Assembly: GCF_006345805.1 (NCBI RefSeq)
Contig: NC_043022.1
Location: forward strand, 21,514,001-21,578,000
DNA length: 64,000 nucleotides
Direction of reading: 5' to 3'
Origin: Octopus sinensis
Lineage: Eukaryota
The notes below the pieces were generated by a model. The model was not told the origin of the DNA. It made no database searches and saw only the letters and a program-made list of their open reading frames with translations. This document shows positions 51,405 to 64,000 of this stretch, piece after piece. Within the stretch, counting starts at the first letter, position 1, and each line of letters starts with the position of its first letter. The translations under genes were made by a program, and so were the position numbers.

Positions 51405-51863
51405 ATCATCATCATCATCATTGTTCGACCGTGGTCGAGACAATGGAATTTACCATGCTACGCCAGACTTCACGGTCCATCATGGCATTACGGAGGTCCT
51501 GTTGCTGGATGCCTGTATCCCTGGAGATTATATCAGGGTAGGAGAGTGTGCGCCCTCTGGTATTGCGAGTAGATGGCTTCCAGAAGAGAAGAGTAGAAAT
51601 TACCTCTTTTTCAGCTCTACAACAATGTCCAGCAAACTGGACTCTCTTACCTTTCACAAGAGATGACACAGGTGGTAGTTTCCCATATATTTGCATTTTG
51701 GTTGGATGGTGCTTCCACGAGAGATTTTGAGCTCTCATAAGGAGGCGAGTGTAGGTTCCATCCAACCGCCTCTCAAGCTTCTCCGATAACGTCCAGGTTT
51801 CTGAGCCATATAGTAGAATTGGTTCGACTGTGGCTTTGAAGATTTCAAGTTTGAAGTCTCTAC
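51405..51863 (-). mobile_element. RTE/RTEX-like LINE 3' fragment, young, inserted in a family A SINE
   Basis: Open frame ILLYGSETW...LDGTYTRLL...FAGHC...DREVWR; (TGA)n tail; 10-bp TSD TTAGTCAAAC at 51395-51404 and 51864-51873. Confidence 0.9.
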
Positions 51864-53108
51864 TTAGTCAAACAAATCAACCCCGGGACATATTATTTTT
51901 CTCTTTTAGAACTTATTCTATTGGTCTCTTTTGCAAAACTGCTAAGTTACAGGGATGTAAATACACCAACACCAGCTGCCAAATGGTGGTGGGGAACAAA
52001 TACAAACACAGACATACAAACATATATATACACAAAAAGGTATGACGTATATAGTAATTATTTACTGGATGTAGATGTGTCCAACTATTTTCCTTTCCAC
52101 AGAGAGAAAGAGAGCATGGTATTAAAAAGAGACGTGAAATTATTGAAAATATTATTTGTATTTTTGTTTTGTTTAATCCTGGGTTAGCCCAAATAGAGCA
52201 GACCAATGTTCAAAGGTACCCTATTTACAACAATCCTGTCTTTTTCACAGGTATCATGCAACCAGGTTTACATCATCCAATGTGTCGTCTGCAATAATTT
52301 AAAGCAGTAGTGTGTGATTTGAGGGAAATAACTGCTATTTCTAGCTAGTTGAGTGACCACATATAGTCCATTTCTGGCTTGTTGTTGTTGTTGCCTCAGC
52401 TCAGCATACATTCAACAAATGCACCATATTTAAAACTGTATCATTTAATGTTCCTTCGTTGCAATTCGAGGCAGATTTGGTTGTTATTTCTAGTAGACCA
52501 GGCAACAAGTTTGGCCCATCAATTGGATTATGCAGATGTTTCTGTGTACATAGATAAACCACATCTCTCTTTTTGCATATGTAGTGATATGCAATATATA
52601 ATTTTTATTCTTATTGACGACGCCAATGACTACGCCACCACCACCACCATCATTTAATGTCCATTTTCCATGCTGGCATGGGTTGGATGATTTGACAGGA
52701 ACTGGACAGCTGAAGAGCTGCCTGGGCTTCATGTCTGCTTCAGCATGGTTTCTATGGCTGGATGTTTTTATGCAGCACTGGCGTGGGTGTTTTTATGCGA
52801 CATCAGTATGGGTGCTTTTTACAAGGCACCAGCACCCATGAGCCCACAAGATTAGGAATGTTCAGCTGAAAAGAGATGCAGGGGACACACTTGTATGCAT
52901 GGACAACTACAATTTTACTTAGCTTGATGTATCTTCTCAAGCACAGTAAATCACAGGAGTCTCATCCCTCTGTCATCCCCTCTGTGAGGCCCAACATCTG
53001 AAGATCTTTTCTCACCACTTAGTCCCACATTTTCCTGGGTCTACTCCTTCCACATGTTCCCTCCACAATTAGAGATCAGTACCTCTTGATGTAACTGACA
53101 TTTTATAG

Positions 53109-53381
53109 AAGTTAATTTTTTTGGCTCAAAAAGCAAAAGCATGGCCATGTGGGGGGACATGGAGTTATGTACAGGGAGGGTGTTCATGCAAAGAGTTCAG
53201 GCCATTTCTGGTCAAGAGAGTCTTTGAACCGAGCAGTCATCGGCATCTTCACTATCTCATCTGGCAGCTTATTCCACGGATCCGCAACCCGGACGGAGAA
53301 AGCTCCTCTCCTTCGATTGAGATGAAATTGTCGCAGATAGAGCTTTTCGGAGTGACCCCGCAGCCGACGCTCTGGAGCAGA
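53109..53381 (-). mobile_element. CR1/L2-clade LINE 3' fragment
   Basis: Closely matches 24552-24830. Confidence 0.85.
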
Positions 53382-54132
53382 AATATTAAACTACCCCAGG
53401 ACATGACAGGCATTTTATTTACTTTATTTTATCAGCCTGCAATGAATGAAAAACAAATTTAATCTTGGTAGGATTTGAACTCAGAACATAAATAGCACAA
53501 TTGGATACCACAACCAAGTTTATCCACTGCTCCAATGATTCTACGAAATTCAGTTTGGTGGGTAGAAAAAGATTTCCAGTTACAGTCATAGAATTCAGTG
53601 TAAACAATCAGTTCTAAAGCACATTAGCTTCCAAGATATTTTTTAAAATATAAATAAATAAAAAAAAATAAATAAATAAATAGACAAACTTAGAACCAAA
53701 GAATGAAAATAAAGTTATTATCCATGAAAGATATGACAGAAAAAAATAATTCCATATGATTTTCTTTTTTTTCTTTTTCTTATTGTTAATTTTCCATTGG
53801 AAACATGACTATAAATATATACCGAGTCTTGGTATCCATGCAAAAGAACTGTATGATGTCATAACAGCATAAGACCAGCTTACATTCACATATATTTTAT
53901 CACACACACACACACACACAATTTGACAATTTGTTAGGAGGTAACCAAGCAGAAGATTATGTGATGCTGTAAGGGTGTTGAGACCCAGTCACATCCATTT
54001 ATTCACACACACATACACAGAAACAGAGACAAGTTGTTGAAGGAGTAACCAAGCACAAGATTACGTGATACCATAATGGTAGTGTACAACCAGCTAACAT
54101 ATTCACATACATTTTCTGACACGCACACGCAC

Positions 54133-54195
<63 letters not shown>

Positions 54196-54864
54196 GGGGC
54201 AATATTCAAGCAATTCAGTATATCTTTATCTGGTAATTTTTCCAGCTTGCTACTGTGTGAATAAATTTATACCAAGCCAATGAGAGAAACTTTAAAAGAC
54301 CAACAAGACTTGTCAATTCAACAAAATGGGAATAAAAAGTGCTTTTCAGGGTTTTCTTTTCTTCCCCACAGAGTTGCTCAACACGTGTCATAATAGAAAT
54401 GGATTTGTGAAATTGATACTAAATATAAGAGATGGGTAAAACAAAATTCTAATCTATGCCTGCATTTCCCCAAACACTATTTGCACTAAATTTTTATGTC
54501 ACTGTTTAGCCACAATCAGCTCTGATCAAGCAGACCTCCTGTGATCAAAAGCATCTCTTCCAGCTGTTACCAACACGTCACCTTGTATGTCTTAGATTGA
54601 AAACAGTAGGATATGATTTGGGGGCATTTAGCTGTCATTTCTAACAGCCGAACTGAGTCTTCTAAAATATTGATTTCTGACTTAATCACAAAGTCAACAA
54701 ATTGCTTTCTGTAGTAAAGCGGATACAGACAATTTATACAAATACTAGCACCTTTTACTTTATGTTCCCTAGAACAAAAGGCAAACTCTAAACCAACAGG
54801 GTAATACTGGTCTGTAACATAGAAAACCAAAAAAATCTTCATGGGGTATATACAGCCAATCATA

Positions 54865-55260
54865 CAGGAGTGGCTGTGTGGTAAGTAGCTTGTTTACCAA
54901 CCACATGGTTCTGGGTTCAGTCCTACTGCGTGGCACCTTGGGCAAGTGTCTTCTACTATAGCCTTGGACCGACCAAAGCCTTGTGAGTGGATTTGGTAGG
55001 CGGAAACTGAAAGAAGCCCGTTGTATATATGTATATATATATGTGTGTGCGTGTATGTTTGTGTGTCTGTGTTTGTCCCCCTAGCATTGCTTGACAACCG
55101 ATGCTGGTGTGTTTATGTCCCCGTCACTTAGCGGTTCGGCAAAAGAGACCGATAGAATAAGTACTGGGCTTACAAAGAATAAGTCCCGGGGTCAAGTTGC
55201 TCGATTAAAGGCGGTGCTCCAGCATGGCCGCAGTCAAAATGACTGAAACAAGTAAAAAGA
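54865..55260 (+). mobile_element. SINE family A
   Basis: Full copy. Confidence 0.9.
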
Positions 55261-55478
55261 GAAAAAAAAAAAAGAGATATTGGTTTCAAATTTTGGTACA
55301 AGGCCAGCAGTTTTGGATAAGGAGGTAAGTTGTTCACACCAACCCCAGTGTTTCACTGGTACTTATTTTACCAACCCTGAAAAGATGAAAGACAAAGTCA
55401 ACCTCAGCAGAATTTGAACTCAGAATGTAGATACAAACAAAATGCCTCTCAGCATTTTGCCCATCTCCTCAACAATTC

Positions 55479-55907
55479 GGATCTTTTCGGTTTGAACAGC
55501 AGTTTTTTCTAGCGATGTCATATGAAATTGTCACCCATAATTATGACCCCTAGTATCGATCTATTGCATTTCAATCTGTTTTAGGGTTAGGGTTGGTTAG
55601 AGTTAGGGGTGGGAGGAAGGGTATCTTTTTTTCTTCAGAAATGTAAATAAAACCAATCTGTTTCTTAAACGAGGGACATATTCATACGGCACAGAATGTT
55701 TTCACCTCAATAGACGTCACTGATTGGTTGAAATTGCAGAAACTGAAGAAAAAAAAACAACAAATATCTTACAAACTATAGAATTTTCTCAATAAAGCCA
55801 AGAGAAAAAGATGTTTTATAAACACATTCTACCAGTATACGAAGTTTAAAAGTGTTTAGTTACGTGGAAATTATTTTAAAAAACTGCCGTTCAAACCGAA
55901 AAGATCC
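55479..55907. mobile_element. MITE with about 30-bp TIR and 8-bp TSD (Merlin- or hAT-type), inside a family B SINE
   Basis: GGATCTTTTCGGTTTGAAC...GTTCAAACCGAAAAGATCC; TSD AACAATTC at 55471-55478 and 55908-55915. Confidence 0.9.
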
Positions 55908-56099
55908 AACAATTCTACCAGCTTGCTGTTTTATACCACCAGTAATTGTATTGCACGTGTATTTGCCTACATGTGTGTGTAGATGTGTGTATGTGTGCTC
56001 ATGGTTATAAGTTTTATCTGTACGTGTTTATATATTTGTGTGTCCATAGTTGCATATGCTTGTTTGGATATAAATGTATTTCATCATCATCATCATTGT

Positions 56100-56327
56100 T
56101 TAACCCTTTAGTATTTAAACCGGCCATATCCGGCCAAAATATCTAATCTGTTTTATGTTCAAACTGACCAGATCCAGGCTCTCACACCTACCCTACAATG
56201 TTAATCTACATTAGGTAATTACACCATCAAGATCTTGAAGATATGAGATAATGCATGATTAATTCAAATCAATGTGAATCAATAAGCATTATGTTTGATC
56301 AGAATAATCAGAGCACTAAAGGGTTAA
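56100..56327. mobile_element. TTAA MITE family MB inserted in a family C SINE
   Basis: Inserted at the TTAA of the SINE's GTTTAACGTCC. Confidence 0.85.
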
Positions 56328-57119
56328 CGTCCGTTCAACCGAGGTCTGGGAAGCCAGGAGGCTGCACCAGGCTCCAGTCTGATCTGGCAGTGTTTCTACA
56401 GCTGGATGCCCTTCCTAACGCCAACCACTCCGTGAGTGTAGTGGGTGCTTTTTACGTGCCACCGGCACAGATGCCAGAGGGGGCTGGCAGCAGCCACGAT
56501 CAGTTGGTGCTTTTTACGTGTGTGATAAATATGTCTTAGAAAATCTTATTTCTTCTTAGAAGGCTTGTTCCAATGTCATAAAGAACATTACCCAGTTTTC
56601 TAAATTCTCAAACTGATAGAACCATCCTCAATCACAATGAACAAATTAAGATCATGGCAGCAGCTGATAATGTACAGAGCATCTTAATACTCATTACTGG
56701 GACTTCCTTTTACAATCTTTACATTATTTCTCTTTCACAAGCATCATATTACTGCTACAAAGGAGAGAATAAAGTTCTAGCTACGATGATAATACGTTGC
56801 ACAACATTATTATAGTTTGGTAGGCAATCATCTTCATTGAATGGAAGAAATAATCTGATAAGTATAATTTTAAATGGTACTACTCTAAAATACTGTTCTC
56901 TAGTTCTGCGAAAGAAAATGAATAATGGATCTGTGATTAATTCTAATGAGAAATTATGTTCATTGATCACGTGACTGGTTTTATGCAAACTGCACATTCT
57001 TTTTGGCACACTTTATAGTGAGGTGGACTATATAAACTGGTGAAGTGAACGCATGATTGCCAATAGGACAGGAGGTGTGAAGTCATGTATTGAAGAACTA
57101 CAGTTGGTGTTAAGTCAAT

Positions 57120-57442
57120 TACTTACTTACATACTTATGACGGTGTTCACCCACGGCTTCTTCTCTGGTCCTGACGGCATCACGAACCATGGCAGCCCAC
57201 GCTCGACGGTCCTGTGCGAGGTCACTGGAGATAGCGAGCCATTTGCGGTTCCATCTGCGCAGACCGATCACCTGTGGACCTGAGAATTCGGAGAGGTCCT
57301 CCTTTATCGTCGTTACCCAGGTCTTCAGTTGCCCGGCCCGTGCGTTTGCGCCAGTTGGGAAGTGGAGGTGGGAGGAGGACATCACGAATCAGCTCACTCT
57401 CTGGATGCTGGGCTACATGACTGAACCACCTTAAGCGCCGTT
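57120..57442 (-). mobile_element. RTE-1-like LINE 3' fragment
   Basis: LRWFSHVA...GQLKTWVTTIKEDL...LAQDRRAW; (TAAG)n tail; 13-bp TSD GTGTTAAGTCAAT at 57107-57119 and 57443-57455. Confidence 0.9.
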
Positions 57443-57485
57443 GTGTTAAGTCAATGGAGAACTACAGTTGGTGTGAACCCGGGTG

Positions 57486-57720
57486 ACTTGACTTGACAGC
57501 ATTCACCCGGGGTGGGTTGAGCTGGCTTCATTCATCCTCAATGTCTCACGAACGCCAACCAGGCCTGGCGATTTGAGGCTAACGACCGCGTGATCTCCAA
57601 CCACTTCTTATTCCAGCAGCGAACGCCGTAGACATGGGGGCCTAGGTTGGGTTCCAGATCAGCCTTGACTGTCCCCAGCCAGCTTTTTCGTTGTCCATAT
57701 TTGATCCTTCAAATTGGCCT
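57486..57720 (-). mobile_element. Second RTE-1-like LINE 3' fragment
   Basis: SWLGTVKADLEPNLGPHVYG..WNKKWLEI...NRQAW; (CAAGT)n tail. Confidence 0.8.
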
Positions 57721-58033
57721 CCATGCCAGTGGCACGTAAAAAGTACCACCCGATTGTGACCGTTGCCAGCCTCATCTGGCCCCCGTGCTGGTGGCACGTA
57801 AAAAGCACCATCCGATCGTGGCCGTTTGCCAGCCTCGTCTAGCATCTGTGCAGGTGGCACGTAAAAAGCACCCACTACACTCACGGAGTCGTTGGCGTTA
57901 GGAAGGGCATCCAGCTGTAGAAACACTGCCAGATCAGACTGGGCCTGGTGCAGCCTTCTGGCTTCCCAGACCCCAGTTGAACCGTCCAACGCATGCCAGC
58001 ATGGAAAATGGACGTTAAACGATGATGATGATG
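57721..58033 (+). mobile_element. SINE-like family C
   Basis: Tandem units, body and (GAT)n tail. Confidence 0.85.
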
Positions 58034-58977
58034 TATATCGCTGTAAACCAGGGTGATGAAGAAATACAGTTAGTGTAAAGTTGGGCAATGAAAAACTATT
58101 GTTGGTGTGAACCTGGGCAACACAGAACAGCAGTTGGTGTGAACCTAGATGACGAAGAACTACACAAGACATCCAGCTGTGTGCAACTACTTCTTCCTCT
58201 CTGAGTAAGTTGGCTTGATAGGCTAGTCTCTGGTTTCCCAGCAGCTGACTTGGCTGTTAGAATCATGTTAGTGTCAGGAGGCCACATTTAGCAACGATAC
58301 CTTGCCTTTATCTGACTGAGTCGTAGTCAATGGCAGATAGCCAAAGACTGGTTCTTGCTAAAATATCCACAACAGGATTAGCTGCTAAGAAACTTGACCA
58401 ACATTCAAATACATTTATTCAATGAGATATCTCAACACCAGTCATGCTTAGCACTGACTTTACTTCCAGAATTATGATAGAAATAGCTGTTAAGATTTTT
58501 TTTTTTAAATGCTTTCAATAATAATTCTTCATACTATAAAACTTGGCTTCTGGGAGCATTCTTCATGTCAAAAATAACTGGATGTAGGAAATTGCATTCC
58601 TTTAGAAAGCAAGCTTCAGGGAATATCTACAACTTCAGCTGCACATTTAACTTTTATGGGAGAGAACGAAATGGTATTCAGTCAATGGACCTTGAGGTAA
58701 AGCTCAGAAGATACCTTATAACAACTGATGGGTTTGCAGGGAGGGCAAGATACATATATATATATATCTTTTATCTTTTATTTTTTACTTGTTTCAGTCA
58801 TTTGATTGCAACCATGCTGGAGCACCACCTAAAAGCATTTTTAGTTGAATAAGTCGACTCCAGGACTTTTTTAAAATCTGGTACTTACTCTATCTGTCTC
58901 TAATGTAAACACATCAACAACAGTGGTTAAGTGGGGAGGGGGAGAAAAGGATAGACACAAAGATACACACACACACA

Positions 58978-59009
<32 letters not shown>

Positions 59010-59016
<7 letters not shown>

Positions 59017-62000
59017 AACTGCTTTATAAACTAGGTTACTCAACGATATAAACTGCGTTATTCAATTCCATAAACTGGGCCATTCAGCACTATAAACTAG
59101 GTTATTCAGTTAGATAAACTGGGCCATTCAGTTCTATAAACTGGATTATTTAATTTCATAAACTGAGCCATTCAGCTCTATAAACTGGGTTTATTTAATT
59201 CCATAAACTGGGCCATTCAGCTCTATAAACTGGGTGTATTTAATTCCATAAACTGGGCCATTCAGCTCTATAAACTGGATTATTTAATTTCATAAACTTG
59301 GCCATTCACCTCTATAAACTGGGTTTATTTAATTCCATAAACTGGACCATTCAGCTCTATAAACTGGGTTTATTTAATTCCATAAACTGGGCCATTCAGC
59401 TCTATAAACTGGATTATTTAAATTCATAAACTGGACCATTCAGCTCTATAAACTGGGTTTATTTAATTCCATGAACTGGGCCATTCAGCTCTATAAACTG
59501 GGTTTATTTAATTCCATAAACTGGGGCATTCAGCTCTATAAACTGGATTATTTAATTTCATAAACTAGGCCATTCAGCTCTATAAACTGGATTATTTATT
59601 TCATAAACTCATAAACTGGACCATTCAGTTCTATAAACTGGATTATTAAATTCATAAGCTGGACCATTCAGCTCTATAAACTGGGTTTATTTAATTCCAT
59701 AAACTGGACCATTCAGCTCTATAAACTGGGTTTATTTATTCCATAAACTGGGCCATTCAGCTCTATAAACTGGATTATTTAATTTCATAAACTAGGCCAT
59801 TCAGCTCTATAAACTGGATTATTTAATTTCATAAACTGGACCATTCAGTTCTATAAACTGGATTATTTAATTTCATAAACTGGACCATTCAGCTCTATAA
59901 ACTGGATTATTTAATTCCATAAATGGGACATTCAGTTCTATAAACTGGATCATTAATTCCATAAACTGGGCCATTCAGCTCTATAAACTGGATTATTTAA
60001 TTCCATAAATGGGACATTCAGTTCTATAAACTGGATCATTTAATTCCATAAACTGGGCCATTCAGCTCTATAAACTGGATTATTCAATTCCATAAACTGG
60101 CCATTCAGCTCTATGAACTAGGTTATTCAGTTAGATAAACTGGGCCATTCAGCTCTATAAACTGGATTATTTAATTTCATAAACTGGACCGTTCAGTTCT
60201 ATAAACTGGATTATTTAATTCCATAAATGGGACATTCAGTTCTATAAACTGGATCATTAATTCTATAAACTGGGCCATTCAGCTCTATAAACTGGATTAC
60301 TTAATTCCATAAATGGGACATTCATTTCTATAATCTGGATTATTTAATTCCATAAACTGGGCCATTCACCTCTATAAACTGGATTATTCAATTCCATAAA
60401 CTGGGCCATTCAGCTCTATGAACTAGGTTATTCAGTTAGATAAACTGGGCCATTCAGCTCTATAAACTGGATTATTCAATTCCATAAACTGGGCCATTCA
60501 GCTCTATGAACTAGGTTATTCAGTTAGATAAACTGGGCCATTCAGCTCTATAAACTGGATTATTTAATTCCATAAATGGGACATTCAGTTCTATAAACTG
60601 GATCATTTAATTCCATAAACTGGGCCATTCAGCTCTATAAACTGGATTATTTAATTCCATAAATGGGACATTCAGTTCTATAAACTGGATCATTTAATTC
60701 CATAAACTGGGCCATTCAACTCTATAAACTGGGTTTATTTAATTCCATAAACTGGGCCATTCACCTCTATAAACTGGATTATTTAATTTCATAAACTAGG
60801 CCATTCAGCTCTATAAACTGGATTATTTAATTTCATAAACTGGACCATTCAGTTCTATAAACTGGATTATTTAAATTCATAAACTGGACCATTCAGCTCT
60901 ATAAACTGGGTTTATTTAATTCCATAAACTGGACCATTCAGCTCTATAAACTGGATTATTTAATTTCATAAACTAGGCCATTCAGCTCTATAAACTGGAT
61001 TATTTAATTTCATAAACTGGACCATTCAGTTCTATAAACTGGATTATTTAATTTCATAAACTGGACCATTCAGCTCTATAAATTGGATTATTTAATTTCA
61101 TAAACTGGACCATTCAGCTCTATAAACTGGATTATTGAATTCCATAAATGGGACATTCATTTCTATAATCTGGATTATTTAATTCCATAAACTGGGCCAT
61201 TCACCTCTATAAACTGGATTATTCAATTCCATAAACTGGGCCATTCAGCTCTATGAACTAGGTTATTCAGTTAGATAAACTGGGCCATTCAGCTCTATAA
61301 ACTGGATTATTTAATTTCATAAACTGGACCATTCAGTTCTATAAACTGGATTATTTAATTTCATAAACTGGGCCATTCAGCTCTATGAACTAGGTTATTC
61401 AGTTAGATAAACTGGGCTATTCAGTTCTATAATCTGGATTATTTAATTCCATAAATGGGACATTCAGTTCTATAAACTGGATCATTAACTCTATAAACTG
61501 GGCCATTCAGCTCTATAAACTGGATTATTTAAATTCATAAACTGGACCATTCAGCTCTATAAACTGGGTTTATTTAATTCCATAAACTGGGCCATTCAGC
61601 TCTATAAACCGGATTATTTAATTTCATAAACTAGGCCATTCAGCTCTATAAACTGGATTATTTAATTTCATAAACTGGACCATTCAGTTCTATAAACTGG
61701 ATTATTTAAATTCATAAACTGGACCATTCAGCTCTATAAACTGGGTTTATTTCATTCCATAAACTGGGCCATTCAGCTCTATAAACTGGATTATTTAATT
61801 TCATAAACTAGGCCATTCAGCTCTATAAACTGGATTATCTAATTTCATAAACTGGACCATTCAGCTCTATAAACTGGATTATTTAATTCCATAAATGGGA
61901 CATTCAGTTCTATAAACTGGATCATTAATTCCATAAACTGGGCCATTCAGCTCTATAAACTGGATTATTTAATTCCATAAATGGGACATTCAGTTCTATA

Positions 62001-64000
62001 AAGTGGATCATTTAATTCCATAAACTGGGCCATTCAGCTCTATAAACTGGATTATTCAATTCCATAAACTGGGCCATTCAGCTCTATGAACTAGGTTATT
62101 CAGTTAGATAAACTGGGCCATTCAGCTCTGTAAACTGGATTATTCAATTCCATAAACTGGGCCATTCAGCTCTATGAACTAGGTTATTCAGTTAGATAAA
62201 CTGGGCCATTCAGCTCTATAAACTGGATTATTTAATTTCATAAACTGGACCATTCAGTTCTATAAACTGGATTATTTAATTTCATAAACTGGACCATTCA
62301 GCTCTATAAACTGGATTATTTAATTCCATAAATGGGACATTCAGTTCTATAAACTGGATCATTTAATTCCATAAACTGGGCCATTCAGCTCTATGAACTA
62401 GGTTATTCAGTTAGATAAACTGGGCCATTCAGCTCTATAAACTGGATTATTCAATTCCATAAACTGGGCCATTCAGCTCTATGAACTAGGTTATTCAGTT
62501 AGATAAACTGGGCCATTCAGCTCTATAAACTGGATTATTTAATTTCATAAACTGGACCATTCAGCTCTATAAACTGGATTATTTAATTCCATAAATGGGA
62601 CATTCAGTTCTATAATCTGGATTATTTAATTCCATAAACTGGGCCATTCACCTCTATAAACTGGATTATTCAATTCCATAAACTGGGCCATTCAGCTCTA
62701 TGAACTAGGTTATTCAGTTAGATAAACTGGGCCATTCAGCTCTATAGCTCTATGAACTAGGTTATTCAGTTAGATAAACTGGGCCATTCAGCTCTATAAA
62801 CTGGATTATTTAATTTCATAAACTGGACCATTCAGTTCTATAAACTGGATTATTTAATTTCATAAACTGGACCATTCAGCTCTATAAACTGGATTATTTA
62901 ATTCCATAAATGGGACATTCAGTTCTATAAACTGGATCATTTAATTCCATAAACTGGGTCATTCAACTCTATAAACTGGATTATTTAATTCCATAAATGG
63001 GACATTCAGTTCTATAAACTGGATCATTTAATTCCATAAACTGGGCCATTCAGCTCTATGAACTAGGTTATTCAGTTAGATAAACTGGGCTATTCAGTTC
63101 TATAATCTGGATTATTTAATTCCATAAACTGGGCAATTCAGCTCTATAAACTGGATTATTTAATTCCATAATTGGGACATTCAGTTCTATAAACTGCATC
63201 ATTAGCTCTATAAACTGGGCCATTCAGCTCTATAAACTGGATTATTTAATTCCATAAATGGGACATTCAGTTCTAGAAACTGGATTATTCAATTCCATAA
63301 ACTGGGCCATTCAGCTCTATGAACTAGGTTATTCAGTTAGATAAACTGGGCCATTCAGCTCTATAAACTGGATTATTCAATTCCATAAACTGGGCCATAC
63401 AGCTCTATGAACTAGGTTATTCAGTTAGATAAACTGGGCCATTCAGCTCTATAAACTGGATTATTTAATTTCATAAACTGGACCATTCAGTTCTATAAAC
63501 TGGATTATTTAATTTCATAAACTGGACCATTCACCTCTATAAACTGGATTATTTAATTCCATAAATGGGACATTCAGTTCTATAATCTGGATTATTCAAT
63601 TCCATAAACTGGGCCATTCAGCTCTATGAACAAGGTTATTCAGTTAGATAAGCTGGGCCATTCAGCTCTATAAACTGGATTATTTAATTTCATAAACTGG
63701 ACCATTCAGTTCTATAAACTGGATTATTTAATTTCATAAACTGGACCATTCACCTCTATAAACTGGATTATTTAATTCCATAAATGGGACATTCAGTTCT
63801 ATAATCTGGATTATTCAATTCCATAAACTGGGCCATTCAGCTCTATGAACTAGGTTATTCAGTTAGATAAGCTGGGCCATTCAGCTCTATAAACTGGATT
63901 ATTTAATTCCATAAACTGGGCCATTCAGCTCTATGAACTAGGTTATTCAGTTAGATAAACTGGGCCATTCAGCTCTATGAACTGGATTATTTAATTTCAT
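59010..64000. repeat. Satellite array of about 225 22-bp monomers, organised mainly as 44-bp dimers; open at the window end
   Basis: Variants ATAAACTGGGCCATTCAGCTCT, ATAAACTGGATTATTTAATTTC, ATGAACTAGGTTATTCAGTTAG and ATAAATGGGACATTCAGTTCT. Confidence 0.97.

Noticed and set aside
58565-58852. 95-aa + strand ORF with a GAG|GTAAAG donor-like site
   Set aside because: No recognisable homology or matching acceptor, and it runs into a SINE.
59010-64000. CRISPR-like appearance of the repeated ATAAACTGG with variable intervening sequence
   Set aside because: The intervening sequences are a few recurring variants, not unique spacers. There are no cas genes and the context is eukaryotic; this is a satellite.

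Overview
Repeat-saturated, AT-rich animal genomic DNA, most likely from an octopod cephalopod (Octopus sp.). That assignment is inferred from recalled SINE families and the very long (TA)n, (AAT)n and (CA)n tracts, not from a database match. No recognisable multi-codon protein-coding exon of a named gene is present. Nearly all ORFs in the track are microsatellite translations or fragments of SINEs, LINEs and DNA transposons. Content: at least five SINE families; 5'-truncated LINEs (several RTE lineages, CR1-like, R4/Dong-like), several with clean target-site duplications; Tc1/mariner remnants; TTAA (piggyBac-type) MITEs; Penelope-like remnants; several tandem arrays born inside transposons; and a 22-bp-monomer satellite running from about 59010 to the window end. 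Unique islands are A-rich on + (T-rich on -), which suggests the window is intron/3' territory of a minus-strand gene. Best leads: (1) an intact type I hammerhead ribozyme at 11223-11318 and a second minimal one at 22885-22921; (2) a 241-bp near-perfect palindrome; (3) a 159-bp inverted copy of local unique DNA fused to an RTE fragment; (4) a miRNA-like hairpin; (5) minus-strand micro-exon and alternative-last-exon candidates, including a 3-nt microexon. The exon calls are low-confidence inferences.
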